Positions 39,115 through 49,346 of a stretch of 64,000 nt of DNA are shown piece after piece. Under the pieces are notes generated by a model. It had not been told where the DNA came from. It worked only from the letters and a program-made list of their open reading frames with translations, and ran no database searches. The DNA lies in contig JAHIPV010000013.1 of the NCBI GenBank assembly GCA_018902845.1, positions 18,766 to 82,765 on the forward strand. Direction: 5' to 3'. Both the position numbers and the translations under genes were made by a program. This DNA is from Patescibacteria group bacterium (lineage in GTDB: Bacteria; Patescibacteriota; Microgenomatia; UBA12405). Positions within the stretch are counted from its first letter, which is position 1. Every line of letters starts with the position of its first letter.

Positions 39115-39138
39115 TTTGGAAATTTAGATTTTAAATTT
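39115..39138 (+). repeat. AT-rich 24-mer upstream of rpsC
   Basis: TTTGGAAATTTAGATTTTAAATTT, identical at 41996 and 49407. Confidence 0.8.
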
Positions 39139-39152
39139 TAGATTTAATTAAT

Positions 39153-39791
39153 ATGGGACAAAAAGTTAATCCTATCGGTTTTAGAATGGGAAAAATCGAC
39201 AATGCACCGCCTTGTCAGTCTTCCTGGTTTGCTTCTCTAAAAAATTATGCATCCTTTCTTTTAGAAGACAAAAAAATCAGAGATTATGTTCAAAAAAAAT
39301 GCTACACCGCCGGTTTGGTTTCTACCAAAATACAAAGATTTAACAAACGCATAAAAATTACACTTGTTGTTAGTCGTCCCGGCATAGTCATTGGTCGCGG
39401 AGGTAGTGAACTGGAGCAAACCAAAAAAGAATTAATACAAATCACCAAGCTTCCGTCTGACAAGAATTTGGATATACAGGTAGAGGAATTTAAAATTCCA
39501 GAATTATCATCGAAGTTAGTAGCAGAAAAAATTGCTTATCAGTTAACAAAAAGAATGCCTTATCGACGCATAGTTTTATCTGCAATCGAAAGGGCCATGA
39601 GTTCAGGAGCACAGGGAGTTAAAATCGTTCTTTCGGGCAGAATAAACGGTGCCGAAATTAGCCGTCGGGAAAAGTTTTCTCAAGGTAAAGTTCCCTTAAG
39701 TACCCTAAGATCAAGAATTGATTATTATGAATGTCCCTCCCTTACTCGTTCCGGCTATATTGGAGTTAAGGTTTTTATTTGTCTGGGATAA
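39153..39791 (+). CDS. rpsC: 30S ribosomal protein S3
   Basis: MGQKVNPIGFR, RPG.VIGRGG, SGRINGAEI.R.E, G.VPL.TLR..IDY. Confidence 0.97.
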   Translation: MGQKVNPIGFRMGKIDNAPPCQSSWFASLKNYASFLLEDKKIRDYVQKKCYTAGLVSTKIQRFNKRIKITLVVSRPGIVIGRGGSELEQTKKELIQITKLPSDKNLDIQVEEFKIPELSSKLVAEKIAYQLTKRMPYRRIVLSAIERAMSSGAQGVKIVLSGRINGAEISRREKFSQGKVPLSTLRSRIDYYECPSLTRSGYIGVKVFICLG

Positions 39792-39801
39792 AAAATTTAA
39801 T

Positions 39802-40206
39802 ATGTTACAACCAAAAAAAAGTAAATTTAGGAAACAGTTTAGAGGTAAAATGCGTGGTAATTCCAAGGGTGCTATAATGAATTTCGGTGAATATGGGCTA
39901 AAAGCCATTGGTAGATCTTGGCTTACTCCAAACCAAATAGAAGCAGCCCGTAAAGCAATAACCAACTACACCAAAAGAAAAGCCAAAGTTTGGATAAGAA
40001 TTTTTCCAGACAAACCTATTACACAAAAAGGAGCAGGTGCTCCGCTTGGGGCAGGGAAAGGAGATGTTTGTGGTTACGTTTGTGTCGTCAAACCCGGCAG
40101 AATAATTTTTGAAATTTCCGGTGTGTCGGAAGAAATTTCCCTAGAAGCCTTAAAAAGAGCTTCTTCTAAGTTACCAGTAGTTACCAAAATTGTGAGAAAA
40201 AAATAA
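39802..40206 (+). CDS. rplP: 50S ribosomal protein L16
   Basis: MLQPKK.KFRK..RG, FG.YGL, QIEAAR, WIRIFPD.P.T, G.GKG. Confidence 0.97.
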   Translation: MLQPKKSKFRKQFRGKMRGNSKGAIMNFGEYGLKAIGRSWLTPNQIEAARKAITNYTKRKAKVWIRIFPDKPITQKGAGAPLGAGKGDVCGYVCVVKPGRIIFEISGVSEEISLEALKRASSKLPVVTKIVRKK

Positions 40207-40208
40207 AA

Positions 40209-40460
40209 ATGATCAAAAAAACGGATAAAATCGCTTACCGACAAAAAAGCATCGAACAACTAAAAGCCGAATTGCTGTTAATTAGAAAAAAATTAGCCCA
40301 AGACTGTTTCAAACTTTCCATGGGGCAAATAAAAGACACTTCGGTCATAAAAAAATCAAAATATATGATATCTTTCATTTCAACATTAATTAATGAAAGC
40401 AAGCCAAAGCGCAGTCCGCCTCTGGAGGAGGAATCTACAAAAAACAATGACAACAAATAA
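40209..40460 (+). CDS. rpmC: 50S ribosomal protein L29
   Basis: Helical L29 pattern (L..EL...RK.L...F....GQ.KD.S.I...K..I..I.T.INE); position between rplP and rpsQ. Confidence 0.85.
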   Translation: MIKKTDKIAYRQKSIEQLKAELLLIRKKLAQDCFKLSMGQIKDTSVIKKSKYMISFISTLINESKPKRSPPLEEESTKNNDNK

Positions 40461-40722
40461 TAAACAAAGCAACCAGTCTCAAAACGGTAAAATTTTTACT
40501 GGAACAGTTGTTTCTGACAAAATGCAGGGTACTCTTGTGGTCACTTTTGATTACAAACGTAAACACCCAATTTACAAAAAAATCATTAAGAAAAAACATA
40601 AAATATATGTTGACAACAATTTAAATGCCAAAAAAGGGGATATTGTTAGAGTCAGGGAATCTCGTCCTTTAAGTAAAACCAAAAAATTTACTACCTTAAA
40701 AATCATTAAATCAGTTAAATAA
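40447..40722 (+). CDS. rpsQ: 30S ribosomal protein S17
   Basis: G.VVSDKM..T.VV, HP.Y.K, GD.V...E.RPLSKTK. Confidence 0.96.
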   Translation: MTTNNKQSNQSQNGKIFTGTVVSDKMQGTLVVTFDYKRKHPIYKKIIKKKHKIYVDNNLNAKKGDIVRVRESRPLSKTKKFTTLKIIKSVK

Positions 40723-40735
40723 TTAGGATAAATTT

Positions 40736-41104
40736 ATGTTGCAACTAAGAAGTATTATTAAAGCGGCAGATAATTGTGGAGCCAAAAAACTTCAGGTTAT
40801 CCATATCTATACCGGTCATCATCACAAAAGCGGTACAATAGGAGATATTGTCTTGGCAGTAGTAAAAGAAGCCATTCCTTCTGGTATTGTTAAGAAAAAA
40901 GAAAAAGTAAAACTGGTCATTGTCAGGACAAAAAAAGAAATAGGCAGAAAAGACGGTTCGTTTATTCGTTTTAGTGATAATGCTGGTGTTATAATAGACA
41001 ACCAAAATAATCCCAGAGGAACAAGAATTTTTGGACCAATCGCTCGCGAGATCAAAGATTTAGGTTTTAGTAAAATTGCTTCCATGGCCAAAGAGGTTTA
41101 TTAA
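40736..41104 (+). CDS. rplN: 50S ribosomal protein L14
   Basis: ADN.GAK, R.DGS.IRF.DNA, P.GTRIFGP.ARE. Confidence 0.97.
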   Translation: MLQLRSIIKAADNCGAKKLQVIHIYTGHHHKSGTIGDIVLAVVKEAIPSGIVKKKEKVKLVIVRTKKEIGRKDGSFIRFSDNAGVIIDNQNNPRGTRIFGPIAREIKDLGFSKIASMAKEVY

Positions 41105-41105
41105 T

Positions 41106-41432
41106 ATGAAAATAAAAAAAGGAGACAAAATACAAGTTTTAAGCGGTAAGGATAAGGGGCGTAAAGGTGAGGTAATTCGTTGTCTACCTAAGAAACTAAA
41201 AGTTTTAATAAAGGGTTTAAACATTTACAAAAAACACGTCAAGGCTCAATCTAATCAGCCGGGGGGAATCATAGAGATAGAAAAACCTCTTTATGTTTCC
41301 AAGGTTCAATTAATATGTCCCAATTGTCAGAAAAAAACAAAGGTTGGCTATCAGCTGGATAAAACAAATAAAAAATTCAGAGTTTGTAAAAAATGCAAAA
41401 ATATTATTGATAAGGAAATAAGTAAAAAATAA
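41106..41432 (+). CDS. rplX: 50S ribosomal protein L24
   Basis: MKIKKGD.I.V..GKDKG..G.V KOW motif, GGII..E.P. Confidence 0.96.
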   Translation: MKIKKGDKIQVLSGKDKGRKGEVIRCLPKKLKVLIKGLNIYKKHVKAQSNQPGGIIEIEKPLYVSKVQLICPNCQKKTKVGYQLDKTNKKFRVCKKCKNIIDKEISKK

Positions 41433-41438
41433 AACAAT

Positions 41439-41990
41439 ATGCTAAAACAACAATTTAAACAAAAAATTCAAAAAGAACTTTGGCAAAAGTTAAACAAAGG
41501 CAATATTAATGCCGTACCCATGCTTCAAAAAGTAGTCATTAATTGTCGAGTACAGGGAGCCAAAGAAAATAAAGAAATTCTTGAGCTGGCGGGAGTCGAA
41601 TTAATGGCCCTAACAGGGCAAAAACCAAAACTTTGTTGTGCCAAAAAATCAGAGGCCAGTTTCAAATTAAGAGAGGGCGACCCCTTAGCACTCAAAATTA
41701 CATTGCGAAGTGGCAAAATGTATGATTTTGTCGAAAAATTATTCAACCTGGTTTTACCAAGATTAAGGGATTTTCGTGGCTTATCGGCCAATTCATTTGA
41801 CAATGGGGCCAATTACAATCTTGTTATAAAAGATCAAACATATTTTCCTGAAATTAACCTTGACAAAGTTAAGCAAATTAGATCGGTTCAGGTGACCCTC
41901 GTTACCAGCACCTCTTCAAAAGAGGAGGCAAAAATGTTATTATCCGCCCTAGGCTTACCATTTAAAAAAGAAGACAAAGAAAGTAATTAA
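41439..41990 (+). CDS. rplE: 50S ribosomal protein L5
   Basis: VP.L.KVVIN, TGQKP, AKKS.A.FKLREG, LPR.RDFRG, FPEI. Confidence 0.97.
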   Translation: MLKQQFKQKIQKELWQKLNKGNINAVPMLQKVVINCRVQGAKENKEILELAGVELMALTGQKPKLCCAKKSEASFKLREGDPLALKITLRSGKMYDFVEKLFNLVLPRLRDFRGLSANSFDNGANYNLVIKDQTYFPEINLDKVKQIRSVQVTLVTSTSSKEEAKMLLSALGLPFKKEDKESN

Positions 41991-41995
41991 TTTTA

Positions 41996-42019
41996 TTTGG
42001 AAATTTAGATTTTAAATTT
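41996..42019 (+). repeat. AT-rich 24-mer upstream of rpsN
   Basis: TTTGGAAATTTAGATTTTAAATTT. Confidence 0.8.
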
Positions 42020-42032
42020 GTGATTTATCAAT

Positions 42033-42218
42033 ATGGCCAATAAAGCAAAAATAGCAAGAGAAAATAAAAAACTAAGGTTTAAAACCCGTTACCATAACAG
42101 ATGTTCCTTGTGTGGCAGACCTCGTGGTTTTATCAGATTTTTTGGTCTTTGTAGACTATGTTTTCGTGAATTAGTTCACAAGAGCTTATTACCTGGAGTC
42201 AAAAAATCCAGCTGGTAA
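42033..42218 (+). CDS. rpsN: 30S ribosomal protein S14 (zinc-binding type)
   Basis: [10 protein letters not shown]...[10 protein letters not shown]...LPGV.KSSW. Confidence 0.97.
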   Translation: MANKAKIARENKKLRFKTRYHNRCSLCGRPRGFIRFFGLCRLCFRELVHKSLLPGVKKSSW

Positions 42219-42225
42219 CAAAATC

Positions 42226-42253
42226 CGTCATCCTGAGCTTGCCGAAGGATCCC
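42226..42253 (+). repeat. CGTC-type palindromic repeat copy followed by an (AAAAATT)n tract
   Basis: CGTCATCCTGAGCTTGCCGAAGGATCCC; first 26 nt identical to the copy inside rplM. Confidence 0.85.
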
Positions 42254-42305
42254 GTCGGAATTATAAAAAAATTAAAAAATTAAAAAATTAAAAATTAAAT
42301 AAAAT

Positions 42306-42695
42306 ATGCACAGTAGTCCAATATTAGATTTTTTGGTTAGAATAAAAAATGCCTATGCAGTAGGCAAAAAAACTATTAAATCTCCTTCGTCTAAAACCAG
42401 AGAATCGATTGCAAAGTTGATGGTCAAACACTCTTATCTGGATAATTTTAGTGTCGAAGGTAAAACCAAAAAAATCATTACTCTAAAACTTTCTTATAAC
42501 GACAAAGAACCAAGTTTTACTAATTTAAAAATTTTTTCTAAACCTGGTCGAAGAATTTATTCGCCGGTCAGTTCCCTGCCTTGGGGAAAAACTAAAAATT
42601 CATTAATTATAGTTTCTACTTCAACAGGGATTATCTCTCACAAGGAAGCAAAGAAACAAAACGTCGGTGGTGAAATTATCGCCGAAATCTGGTAA
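42306..42695 (+). CDS. rpsH: 30S ribosomal protein S8
   Basis: PI.D.L.RI.NA, SKPGRR.Y, I.STS.G, GGE.I..IW. Confidence 0.96.
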   Translation: MHSSPILDFLVRIKNAYAVGKKTIKSPSSKTRESIAKLMVKHSYLDNFSVEGKTKKIITLKLSYNDKEPSFTNLKIFSKPGRRIYSPVSSLPWGKTKNSLIIVSTSTGIISHKEAKKQNVGGEIIAEIW

Positions 42696-42700
42696 AAAAT

Positions 42701-43240
42701 ATGTCAAAAATTGGAAAACAGCCAATACTAATACCAAAAGAAGTCACCGTTTCTATTGGTAAAACTTCGGTTACAGTTAAAGGCCCCAAAGGGGAGCTTT
42801 TTTTGGATATTCCTCATAAAATAAAAATAAAATTAGTTGATGACCAAATAATTGTTGAACGTTTGTCCGAAGAGAAAAAAGTAAAATCGCTTCACGGCAC
42901 CATCCGCTCTTTGATAAAAAATATGGTCAAGGGAGTCACTGAACTTTGGAAAAAAGAATTAGAAATTCGTGGCACTGGTTACAGAGCTACGGTTTCCGGT
43001 TCGAAGCTTATCGTAAATGCCGGTTTCATCAATCCCGTAGAAGTTGATATACCCACAGGTATCAATATTGATGTCCAGAAAGAAACAGAAATCACAATTT
43101 CTGGTTATGATAAAATACTGGTCGGACAAATTGCCAGCAATATTAGAAAAATAAGAAAACCAGAACCATACAAAGGCAAAGGTATTCGATACAAGGATGA
43201 ATATATCAAACTTAAACCAGGCAAAACCGCCAAAGCATAA
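42701..43240 (+). CDS. rplF: 50S ribosomal protein L6
   Basis: MS.IGK.PI, VKGPKGEL, HGT.RSLI.NM, R.PEPYKGKGIRY. Confidence 0.97.
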   Translation: MSKIGKQPILIPKEVTVSIGKTSVTVKGPKGELFLDIPHKIKIKLVDDQIIVERLSEEKKVKSLHGTIRSLIKNMVKGVTELWKKELEIRGTGYRATVSGSKLIVNAGFINPVEVDIPTGINIDVQKETEITISGYDKILVGQIASNIRKIRKPEPYKGKGIRYKDEYIKLKPGKTAKA

Positions 43241-43243
43241 AAA

Positions 43244-43591
43244 ATGATTAAAAAAAACCCAAAATATCAAAGGCAAAAAAGAGTCAGAAATAAACTTCTC
43301 TCTGTTGGCAAGGGGCTATTCCGACTTTCTGTTTTTAGATCAAACAAACATATATTGGCCCAAATAATTGACGATAAACACGGTAAAACTCTTGTTTTTT
43401 TCAGTTCACAAAAACTTAAAAACAGCAAAATTAACAAAATTGAACAGGCTAAATTGGTTGGAGAAAAAATTGCTCTACTTGCACTCAAAAAAAATATCAA
43501 AAAAATCAAATTTGACCGTGGTTGTTACAAATATCACGGTCGTGTTAAAGCATTGGCAGATGCCACCAGGCAGGGTGGTTTAATTTTTTAA
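43244..43591 (+). CDS. rplR: 50S ribosomal protein L18
   Basis: [31 protein letters not shown]. Confidence 0.97.
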   Translation: MIKKNPKYQRQKRVRNKLLSVGKGLFRLSVFRSNKHILAQIIDDKHGKTLVFFSSQKLKNSKINKIEQAKLVGEKIALLALKKNIKKIKFDRGCYKYHGRVKALADATRQGGLIF

Positions 43592-43592
43592 T

Positions 43593-44048
43593 ATGAATAA
43601 TCGGTATCAAAACAAAAAAGACTCAGAATTTCAAGAAAAAGTAGTCCAAATTAAAAGAGTCTCAAAAAAAACCAAAGGGGGAAACCAAATTTCCTTTACG
43701 GCTCTGGTAGTTTCTGGCGATAAAAAATCCAGAGTAGGAGTTGCTCTTGGCAAAGCAAAAAATGTGGCCGACGCAATCAAAAAAGGAGTTCAAAAAGCCC
43801 AAAAAAACCTAATCAACGTAGAAATTGTCGATGGAACCATTCCTCATCAGATCAAATTTAAATTTAAATCCGCAGTGGTTTTGATCAAGCCGGGTAGAAA
43901 AGGAGGCGGTCTTATTGCTGGCGGTCCTGTCAGAGCCGTACTTGAATTAGCCGGCATCAAGGATGTTGCTTCAAAAATAATCCGTTCCAAAAACAAATCT
44001 GTTAACGTTTGGGCCGTTTTCAAAGCCTTATCCAAATTAAAATCATGA
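43593..44048 (+). CDS. rpsE: 30S ribosomal protein S5
   Basis: I.RV.K.TKGG...F.ALVV.GD, G.GKA..V..AI.K, IAGG..RAVLELAG. Confidence 0.97.
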   Translation: MNNRYQNKKDSEFQEKVVQIKRVSKKTKGGNQISFTALVVSGDKKSRVGVALGKAKNVADAIKKGVQKAQKNLINVEIVDGTIPHQIKFKFKSAVVLIKPGRKGGGLIAGGPVRAVLELAGIKDVASKIIRSKNKSVNVWAVFKALSKLKS

Positions 44049-44506
44049 AAAGTATATTAAGCAAATTATCAAAAACCACTACCAAATCAAAAAAAAGAAT
44101 TGGCCGCGGTTATGGTTCAAAAAAAGGGGGCCACACTACTATCCGTGGTGCCAAAGGTCGCAAAGCCAGGGGAAAGGTCAAGTTAACTTTTGATGGTACC
44201 AAAATCAAAAAAGGCTGGATAAAAAGATTACCATTTTTAAGAGGCAAAGGTAGATTAAAGGGCTTACAGAAAAGGACAACCATTTTTAGTCTAGAGCAAT
44301 TACACAAATGGTTTAAAGACGGAGACTTAATTGATATCAAAGCCCTAAGTCAGGCTTCAAAAATCCCGGAATCAATATTAAGAAAAACCGGCGTTAAGAT
44401 TCTTTCTTCAAAAGAAAAAATCACCAAATCTTTTGTCTTTAAGGAGATTTCTTTTTCCAAAACAGCCAAAGATCAATTGGTAAAAACTGGTGCTAAGATA
44501 AATTAA
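44045..44506 (+). CDS. rplO: 50S ribosomal protein L15
   Basis: KR.GRG.GS.KG.....RG.KG.KAR, RLP..RG; ATGA overlap with rpsE (no rpmD between them). Confidence 0.92.
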   Translation: MKSILSKLSKTTTKSKKRIGRGYGSKKGGHTTIRGAKGRKARGKVKLTFDGTKIKKGWIKRLPFLRGKGRLKGLQKRTTIFSLEQLHKWFKDGDLIDIKALSQASKIPESILRKTGVKILSSKEKITKSFVFKEISFSKTAKDQLVKTGAKIN

Positions 44507-45786
44507 TGAAAAAAAAGAATAAACTTCTATCTCTTTATTTACAAAGTTTTCAGGTTCCTAACTTACGAAACAGGTTGCTAATTACCATCGTCCTCCTTAT
44601 ACTTTTCCGATTTATAGCCCACATTCCGGTTCCGGGTATAAATCTGGAACTTTTAAAAAGTTTTTTCTCATCTAACCAACTGCTTTCTCTGTTAGATATT
44701 TTTTCCGGCGGTACCCTGGCAAATTTTTCTATTGTTGCTCTTGGTTTAGGACCTTACATAAACGCTTCGGTCATGTTCCAGCTCTTTGCCCTAGTTATTC
44801 CAAAAATAGAAGAGTTAAGCAAAGAAGGGGAATATGGACGGGCCAAAATTAACCAATACACCCGCATTATCACTATTCCTTTGGCCATAGTTCAGGCTAT
44901 TGGTATGTATGGTATCTTGCGTTCGCAAAACATAATAGGCACCTTGTCCCCTCTCCTTTTAGTTGCTCTCATTGCCAGCATGCTTTGCGGTACCATGATT
45001 ATGATTTTTTTGGGTGAATTGATTGATACCTACGGTGTCGGCAATGGCACTTCTATGATTATTTTTGCCGGTATTATCGCTCGTTTGCCGATTAATTTCT
45101 TTCAAACGGCCAATATTACGGATTTTTCTAACCCCCAAAATATTTTAAATTTATCAATTTTTCTCTTATTGATCACGGTTTTAGTGGGAGGGGTGGTTTT
45201 TGTAGAGGAAGCTGTTTTACGCATTCCGGTTCATTATGCCAGAAGAGCCCAATCTACTTTTCTGCCCATAAAAATAAATAGTACCGGAGTCATGCCCATA
45301 ATTTTTGCCATGTCCCTAGCCTCAGCTCCTTCCTTAATCGGTCAATTTTTAAGCAAAGCTCCTCAGCCACAGCTTGCTTCTTTTGCCTCCAGTTTTTCCT
45401 CATTTTTTAATCCAAATAGCATTCCTTATTCTCTACTTTATTTTATATTTGTCATGTTTTTTACTTTTTTTTATTCATCAGTCGTTTTTAAGCCAAAAGA
45501 TATTGCCGAGGATCTCAGAAAATCTGGGGCTTTCATTCCGGGTATCCGTCCCGGTTCAGCCACTGAAAAAAGATTAACTTACCTTGTCAACCGCATAATG
45601 GTTGTAGGGGCTCTTTTTTTGGGATTGGTGGCTATTTTTCCGTCAATTCTCCAAAACATAACAAATATCAACACTCTAAATATAGGTGGAACCAGTATTT
45701 TAATTGTAGTTTCGGTTTTAATTGAGTTAACCAAAAAAATGGAAAACGCCGTCCAAACCTACAATTACGACAAATTTGTATTCTAA
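44506..45786 (+). CDS. secY: Preprotein translocase SecY
   Basis: [53 protein letters not shown]. Confidence 0.98.
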   Translation: MKKKNKLLSLYLQSFQVPNLRNRLLITIVLLILFRFIAHIPVPGINLELLKSFFSSNQLLSLLDIFSGGTLANFSIVALGLGPYINASVMFQLFALVIPKIEELSKEGEYGRAKINQYTRIITIPLAIVQAIGMYGILRSQNIIGTLSPLLLVALIASMLCGTMIMIFLGELIDTYGVGNGTSMIIFAGIIARLPINFFQTANITDFSNPQNILNLSIFLLLITVLVGGVVFVEEAVLRIPVHYARRAQSTFLPIKINSTGVMPIIFAMSLASAPSLIGQFLSKAPQPQLASFASSFSSFFNPNSIPYSLLYFIFVMFFTFFYSSVVFKPKDIAEDLRKSGAFIPGIRPGSATEKRLTYLVNRIMVVGALFLGLVAIFPSILQNITNINTLNIGGTSILIVVSVLIELTKKMENAVQTYNYDKFVF

Positions 45787-45787
45787 T

Positions 45788-46384
45788 ATGCCACTAAATC
45801 TATTCATAATCGGTCCATCAGGCTGTGGAAAATCCACCCAGGCCCAAAAAATCGCCCAAAAATACAAACTAACCCATTTATCAATGGGTCAACTGTTGCG
45901 CGACGAAATAGCCAGCAACACAAAACTTGGTTTAGAAGCAAAAAAAACAGTTGATAATGGCGTTTGGACCCCGGCAGAAATTCTTTATCCAGTTTTAATT
46001 AATGCTTTAAACAAAATTAATAATCAAAACTTTATTTTAGACGGTTTTCCGCGAATAGTTGATCAAGCTGTTTTTGTCGATGCCCACCTAGACTCTCTTG
46101 GAAAATCATCGGATCTTTTGATCCATCTTAATGTTTCAATTGAAGAAATAATCAAAAGACGAAAATATTATGGTAAAAAATTCCAAAAGGCCGATAGAAA
46201 TGATAATACCGCAGAAGCTGTTATCCAAAGGCAAAAATCATATAACCAAACTATAAATCCAATACTTGAATATTTTCAACAGCAAAACAAGCTTTTTGAT
46301 ATCAACGGCAATCGCCCGGTAGATCCTATTTTTGCCGATATTTGCCAAAAAATCGATTTACTAATTAAAAAAAGTATTAAATAA
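45788..46384 (+). CDS. adk: Adenylate kinase (short-LID type)
   Basis: GPSG.GK.TQA, H.S.G.LLR, LDGFPR, R.D; position after secY. Confidence 0.88.
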   Translation: MPLNLFIIGPSGCGKSTQAQKIAQKYKLTHLSMGQLLRDEIASNTKLGLEAKKTVDNGVWTPAEILYPVLINALNKINNQNFILDGFPRIVDQAVFVDAHLDSLGKSSDLLIHLNVSIEEIIKRRKYYGKKFQKADRNDNTAEAVIQRQKSYNQTINPILEYFQQQNKLFDINGNRPVDPIFADICQKIDLLIKKSIK

Positions 46385-46390
46385 CTATCT

Positions 46391-46458
46391 CGTCATTCTG
46401 AACAAAGTGAAGAATCCCAACGGGATCCTTCGTCCAATTGATCGGACTCAGGATGACG
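46391..46458. repeat. Inverted pair of CGTC-type repeats (REPIN-like dimer)
   Basis: CGTCATTCTGA..GAAGAATCCC-AAC-GGGATCCTTC..TCAGGATGACG. Confidence 0.85.
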
Positions 46459-46502
46459 ACATAAAAATAATCAAAAACAACTTATTAATAATTTATAAAA
46501 AT

Positions 46503-46715
46503 ATGACCAAAACAAAAGAACCACCTGTTACCGGAGTAGTTACAGAATGTTTACCCAGTACTCTTTTTAGGGTAAAATTAGAAGACGGCAAAGAGATTAT
46601 AGGTCATCTTGCCGGTAAATTACGAGTTCATCGTATTAGAATTATGGCCGGAGACAAGGTTTCTTTAATCATCAGTTCGGACGGTGATAAGGGTAGAATA
46701 GTCTACAGAAACTAG
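46503..46715 (+). CDS. infA: Translation initiation factor IF-1
   Basis: G.V.E.LP...FRV.LE.G.....HL.GK.R..RI.I..GD.V, GRI.YR; true start ATG 46503. Confidence 0.95.
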   Translation: MTKTKEPPVTGVVTECLPSTLFRVKLEDGKEIIGHLAGKLRVHRIRIMAGDKVSLIISSDGDKGRIVYRN

Positions 46716-46769
46716 TCCAAATTTTAATCTTTGATATTATCGCTTTTTTAGGGTACAATACTCAAGTCT

Positions 46770-46883
46770 ATGAAAGCTTCTTCAAGCGTTAAACGCAGAT
46801 GTCCTAAGTGTAAAATCGTAAAAAGGCGAGGGGTGGTGCATGTTATTTGTGAAACCAAAAGACATAAACAAAAACAAGGATAG
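46770..46883 (+). CDS. rpmJ: 50S ribosomal protein L36 (missing from the ORF track)
   Basis: Translated by hand: [37 protein letters not shown]. Confidence 0.96.
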   Translation: MKASSSVKRRCPKCKIVKRRGVVHVICETKRHKQKQG

Positions 46884-46888
46884 GTAAA

Positions 46889-47293
46889 ATGAGAATTTCC
46901 GGAATAAACATACCAGATCACGAGAGAGTAGAAATAGCCTTCACCAGGTTTTTCGGCATTGGTAAAACATTGGTCAAGCAATTATTGCAAAAAAGCAAAA
47001 TTGACCCCGACAAAAGAACAAAAGATCTTTCCCGGGAAGAAGTTAGCAATCTAATCAAAGCTCTTGAATCCTTTAAAACAGAAGGGGATTTAAGAAGGGA
47101 GATAAGAGAAGATATCAAAAGATTAAAGGCTATTAAATCTTACAGAGGTATCAGGCATATTGTCGATCTTCCTGTCCGTGGACAGCGTACAAAAACTAAT
47201 GCCAGAACCAGAAAAGGCAAGAGAAAAACTGTCGGTTCACTTAGCAAGGAAGCCTGGGCAAAGCTTGATTCAACTCAATCAAGAAAACCTTAA
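46889..47293 (+). CDS. rpsM: 30S ribosomal protein S13
   Basis: RI.G.NIP, GIG, EGDLRR, YRG.RH..LPVRGQRTKTNARTRKG. Confidence 0.97.
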   Translation: MRISGINIPDHERVEIAFTRFFGIGKTLVKQLLQKSKIDPDKRTKDLSREEVSNLIKALESFKTEGDLRREIREDIKRLKAIKSYRGIRHIVDLPVRGQRTKTNARTRKGKRKTVGSLSKEAWAKLDSTQSRKP

Positions 47294-47309
47294 ATAATTT
47301 TTCTAAAAA

Positions 47310-47705
47310 ATGATAACCAAAAAAACTAAAAATAAAAAAAGGAAGGAATATAAAAATATTGCTCATGCCAAGCTTTATATTAAATCTTCTTTTAACAACA
47401 CCATAGTAAACATTACGGATGAAAAGGGTAACACTATTTGTTGGGCTAGTTCTGGCAGTGTTGGTTTTAGCGGGGCCCGCAAATCAACTCCATACGCTGC
47501 CACCAGGGCAATTGAATCGGTATTGTCGGAAGGACAAAAATATGGAATAAAAAAATTATCGGTTTATATTAGGGGTCCAGGTGTTGGGCGAGATGCCGCC
47601 TTGCGTCTTCTTCGAGGCAAAAGGGATCTTGACATTGACAAAATCTCAGATCTTACACCAATCCCTCACAATGGCCCCAAACCTTCTAAAAGGAGAAGAA
47701 CCTAA
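47310..47705 (+). CDS. rpsK: 30S ribosomal protein S11
   Basis: SFNNTI..ITD, GF.G.RKSTPYAA, GPG.GR, D.TPIPHNG. Confidence 0.97.
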   Translation: MITKKTKNKKRKEYKNIAHAKLYIKSSFNNTIVNITDEKGNTICWASSGSVGFSGARKSTPYAATRAIESVLSEGQKYGIKKLSVYIRGPGVGRDAALRLLRGKRDLDIDKISDLTPIPHNGPKPSKRRRT

Positions 47706-47711
47706 CAAAAA

Positions 47712-48344
47712 ATGGCAAGAGATACATTACATATAAAATGCAAGCTATGTCGCAGGGAAGGCACTAAATTGCACCTCAAGGGTACTCGCTGTTTGTCAGC
47801 CAAGTGCCCCATTGAAAAAAAAGGTGCCGTTCCTCCGGGCATGCATGGCCTAAAAAGATCTCGTCGCCCCAGCGCTTATGGTATTCAATTACGTGCCAAA
47901 CAAAAATTAAAAAGAATTTACGGGATTCTGGAAACCCAGCTAAAAAATTATTACAAAAAAGCCAAGCGTCTAAAAGGTATTTTAGGTGATAATCTGCTTG
48001 TTCTTCTGGAAACAAGATTGGACAATATCGTCTATGTTTCCGGTTTGGCACATTCCAGATCTCACTCAAGGCAAATTATTAGCCATCGGCATGTTTTAGT
48101 TAATGGTAAGATACTAAACATCTCTTCTTATTCGGTCAAAATTGGAGACAAAATTTCCATTGACAAAAAAACCGCCAAAAAGAAAGATATAAAACCAAGG
48201 GCTGTTGAGAAAGATTTTAAATGCCCCGACTGGCTTTCGCTTGATAAAACAAAACTTGAGGTTAAATTTATTTCTAAACCAACTAGAGATCAAATTTCCC
48301 AAGATATAGATGAAAATTTAATTATTGAATATTATTCAAGATAA
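47712..48344 (+). CDS. rpsD: 30S ribosomal protein S4 (Cys4 zinc type)
   Basis: CKLCRREG..L.LKG.RC...KC, PPG.HG, LE.RLDN, I.EYYSR. Confidence 0.97.
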   Translation: MARDTLHIKCKLCRREGTKLHLKGTRCLSAKCPIEKKGAVPPGMHGLKRSRRPSAYGIQLRAKQKLKRIYGILETQLKNYYKKAKRLKGILGDNLLVLLETRLDNIVYVSGLAHSRSHSRQIISHRHVLVNGKILNISSYSVKIGDKISIDKKTAKKKDIKPRAVEKDFKCPDWLSLDKTKLEVKFISKPTRDQISQDIDENLIIEYYSR

Positions 48345-48355
48345 AGGAGAAACAA

Positions 48356-49276
48356 ATGATTGATACAAGCAAATTTAATATGAAAACGGTTAAACTGGAC
48401 GCAAAGTATGGGAAATTCCAACTAAGTCCTCTCTACAAGGGTTTTGGCCACACCATAGGCAATAGCATTAGGAGAATACTTCTAATCACCATTCCCGGCA
48501 GTGCTATTACCAAAATTAAAGTCGCGGGTGCCAATCATCTTTTTACTACTCTAGATGGAATAAAAGAAGATTTGGTTGACATTTCCCTTAACCTCAAAAA
48601 AATCAAGTTCATATATAACAAAAACGAACCAACGGTACTCAAATTATCAAAAAGCGGTAAGTCTATTGTCACCGCCGCAGATATAGCTGATACTGATACT
48701 TGTAAAGTTTCCAACCCAGAACAGCATATTGCCACTCTAACAAATTCAAAAGCCAGTTTAGACATTGAGCTGACTGTTGAAAGAGGCATTGGTTTTACTC
48801 TTGCCAAAGAGCAAGAAAGTGAAATCGTAGGAGAAATTATCCTGGATGCTACCTTTACTCCGGTTTTAAGGTCCAACTATTCGGTTGAGTCAATTCGCTT
48901 AGGCAAAAAAAATGATTTTGACAAACTGACCATGGAAATATGGACTGATGGTTCTATAGACCCAAAGGAAGCGCTTAAAAGAGCCACCAAGGACCTAATC
49001 GTTTCCCTGTCTCAAATCGTTGACCCAAAAGAGTTTGAGGAAGAAGAAATTGTTACCATCGGATCTAATTTAAACATCTTCAACACTGATGTGTCGGTAG
49101 AAGAAATAGAATTACCACTAAGAGTAACTAATGCCTTGAAAAAGGCTGGTTTCCAAACCGTAGAAAGCCTAATACAAAATGGCAGTTCTGAAGTTAAAAA
49201 AGCCAAAAATGTAGGAGAAAAATCAATCAAAACCATTAATGATTGGCTCAAAGAAAAAGGAGTCGATTGGAAGTAA
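48356..49276 (+). CDS. rpoA: RNA polymerase alpha subunit
   Basis: PL..GFGHT.GNS.RR.LL, G..ED, DA.F.PV, WTDGSI.P, L..R..N.L alphaCTD. Confidence 0.97.
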   Translation: MIDTSKFNMKTVKLDAKYGKFQLSPLYKGFGHTIGNSIRRILLITIPGSAITKIKVAGANHLFTTLDGIKEDLVDISLNLKKIKFIYNKNEPTVLKLSKSGKSIVTAADIADTDTCKVSNPEQHIATLTNSKASLDIELTVERGIGFTLAKEQESEIVGEIILDATFTPVLRSNYSVESIRLGKKNDFDKLTMEIWTDGSIDPKEALKRATKDLIVSLSQIVDPKEFEEEEIVTIGSNLNIFNTDVSVEEIELPLRVTNALKKAGFQTVESLIQNGSSEVKKAKNVGEKSIKTINDWLKEKGVDWK

Positions 49277-49317
49277 CTTCTATAACTCATCAAAGTGAGA
49301 TTCAGTTAGAAAACACC

Positions 49318-49346
49318 CGTCATCCCGAGCGCGGTCGAGGGATCCC
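49318..49346 (+). repeat. CGTC-type palindromic repeat copy
   Basis: CGTCATCCCGAGCGCGGTCGAGGGATCCC followed by an AAAAATT tract as at 42254. Confidence 0.85.

Noticed and set aside
46407-46502. 32-aa N-terminal extension of IF-1 in the ORF track
   Set aside because: It starts at a GTG inside the repeat dimer; the IF-1 fold begins at ATG 46503, so it is probably an ORF-calling artefact
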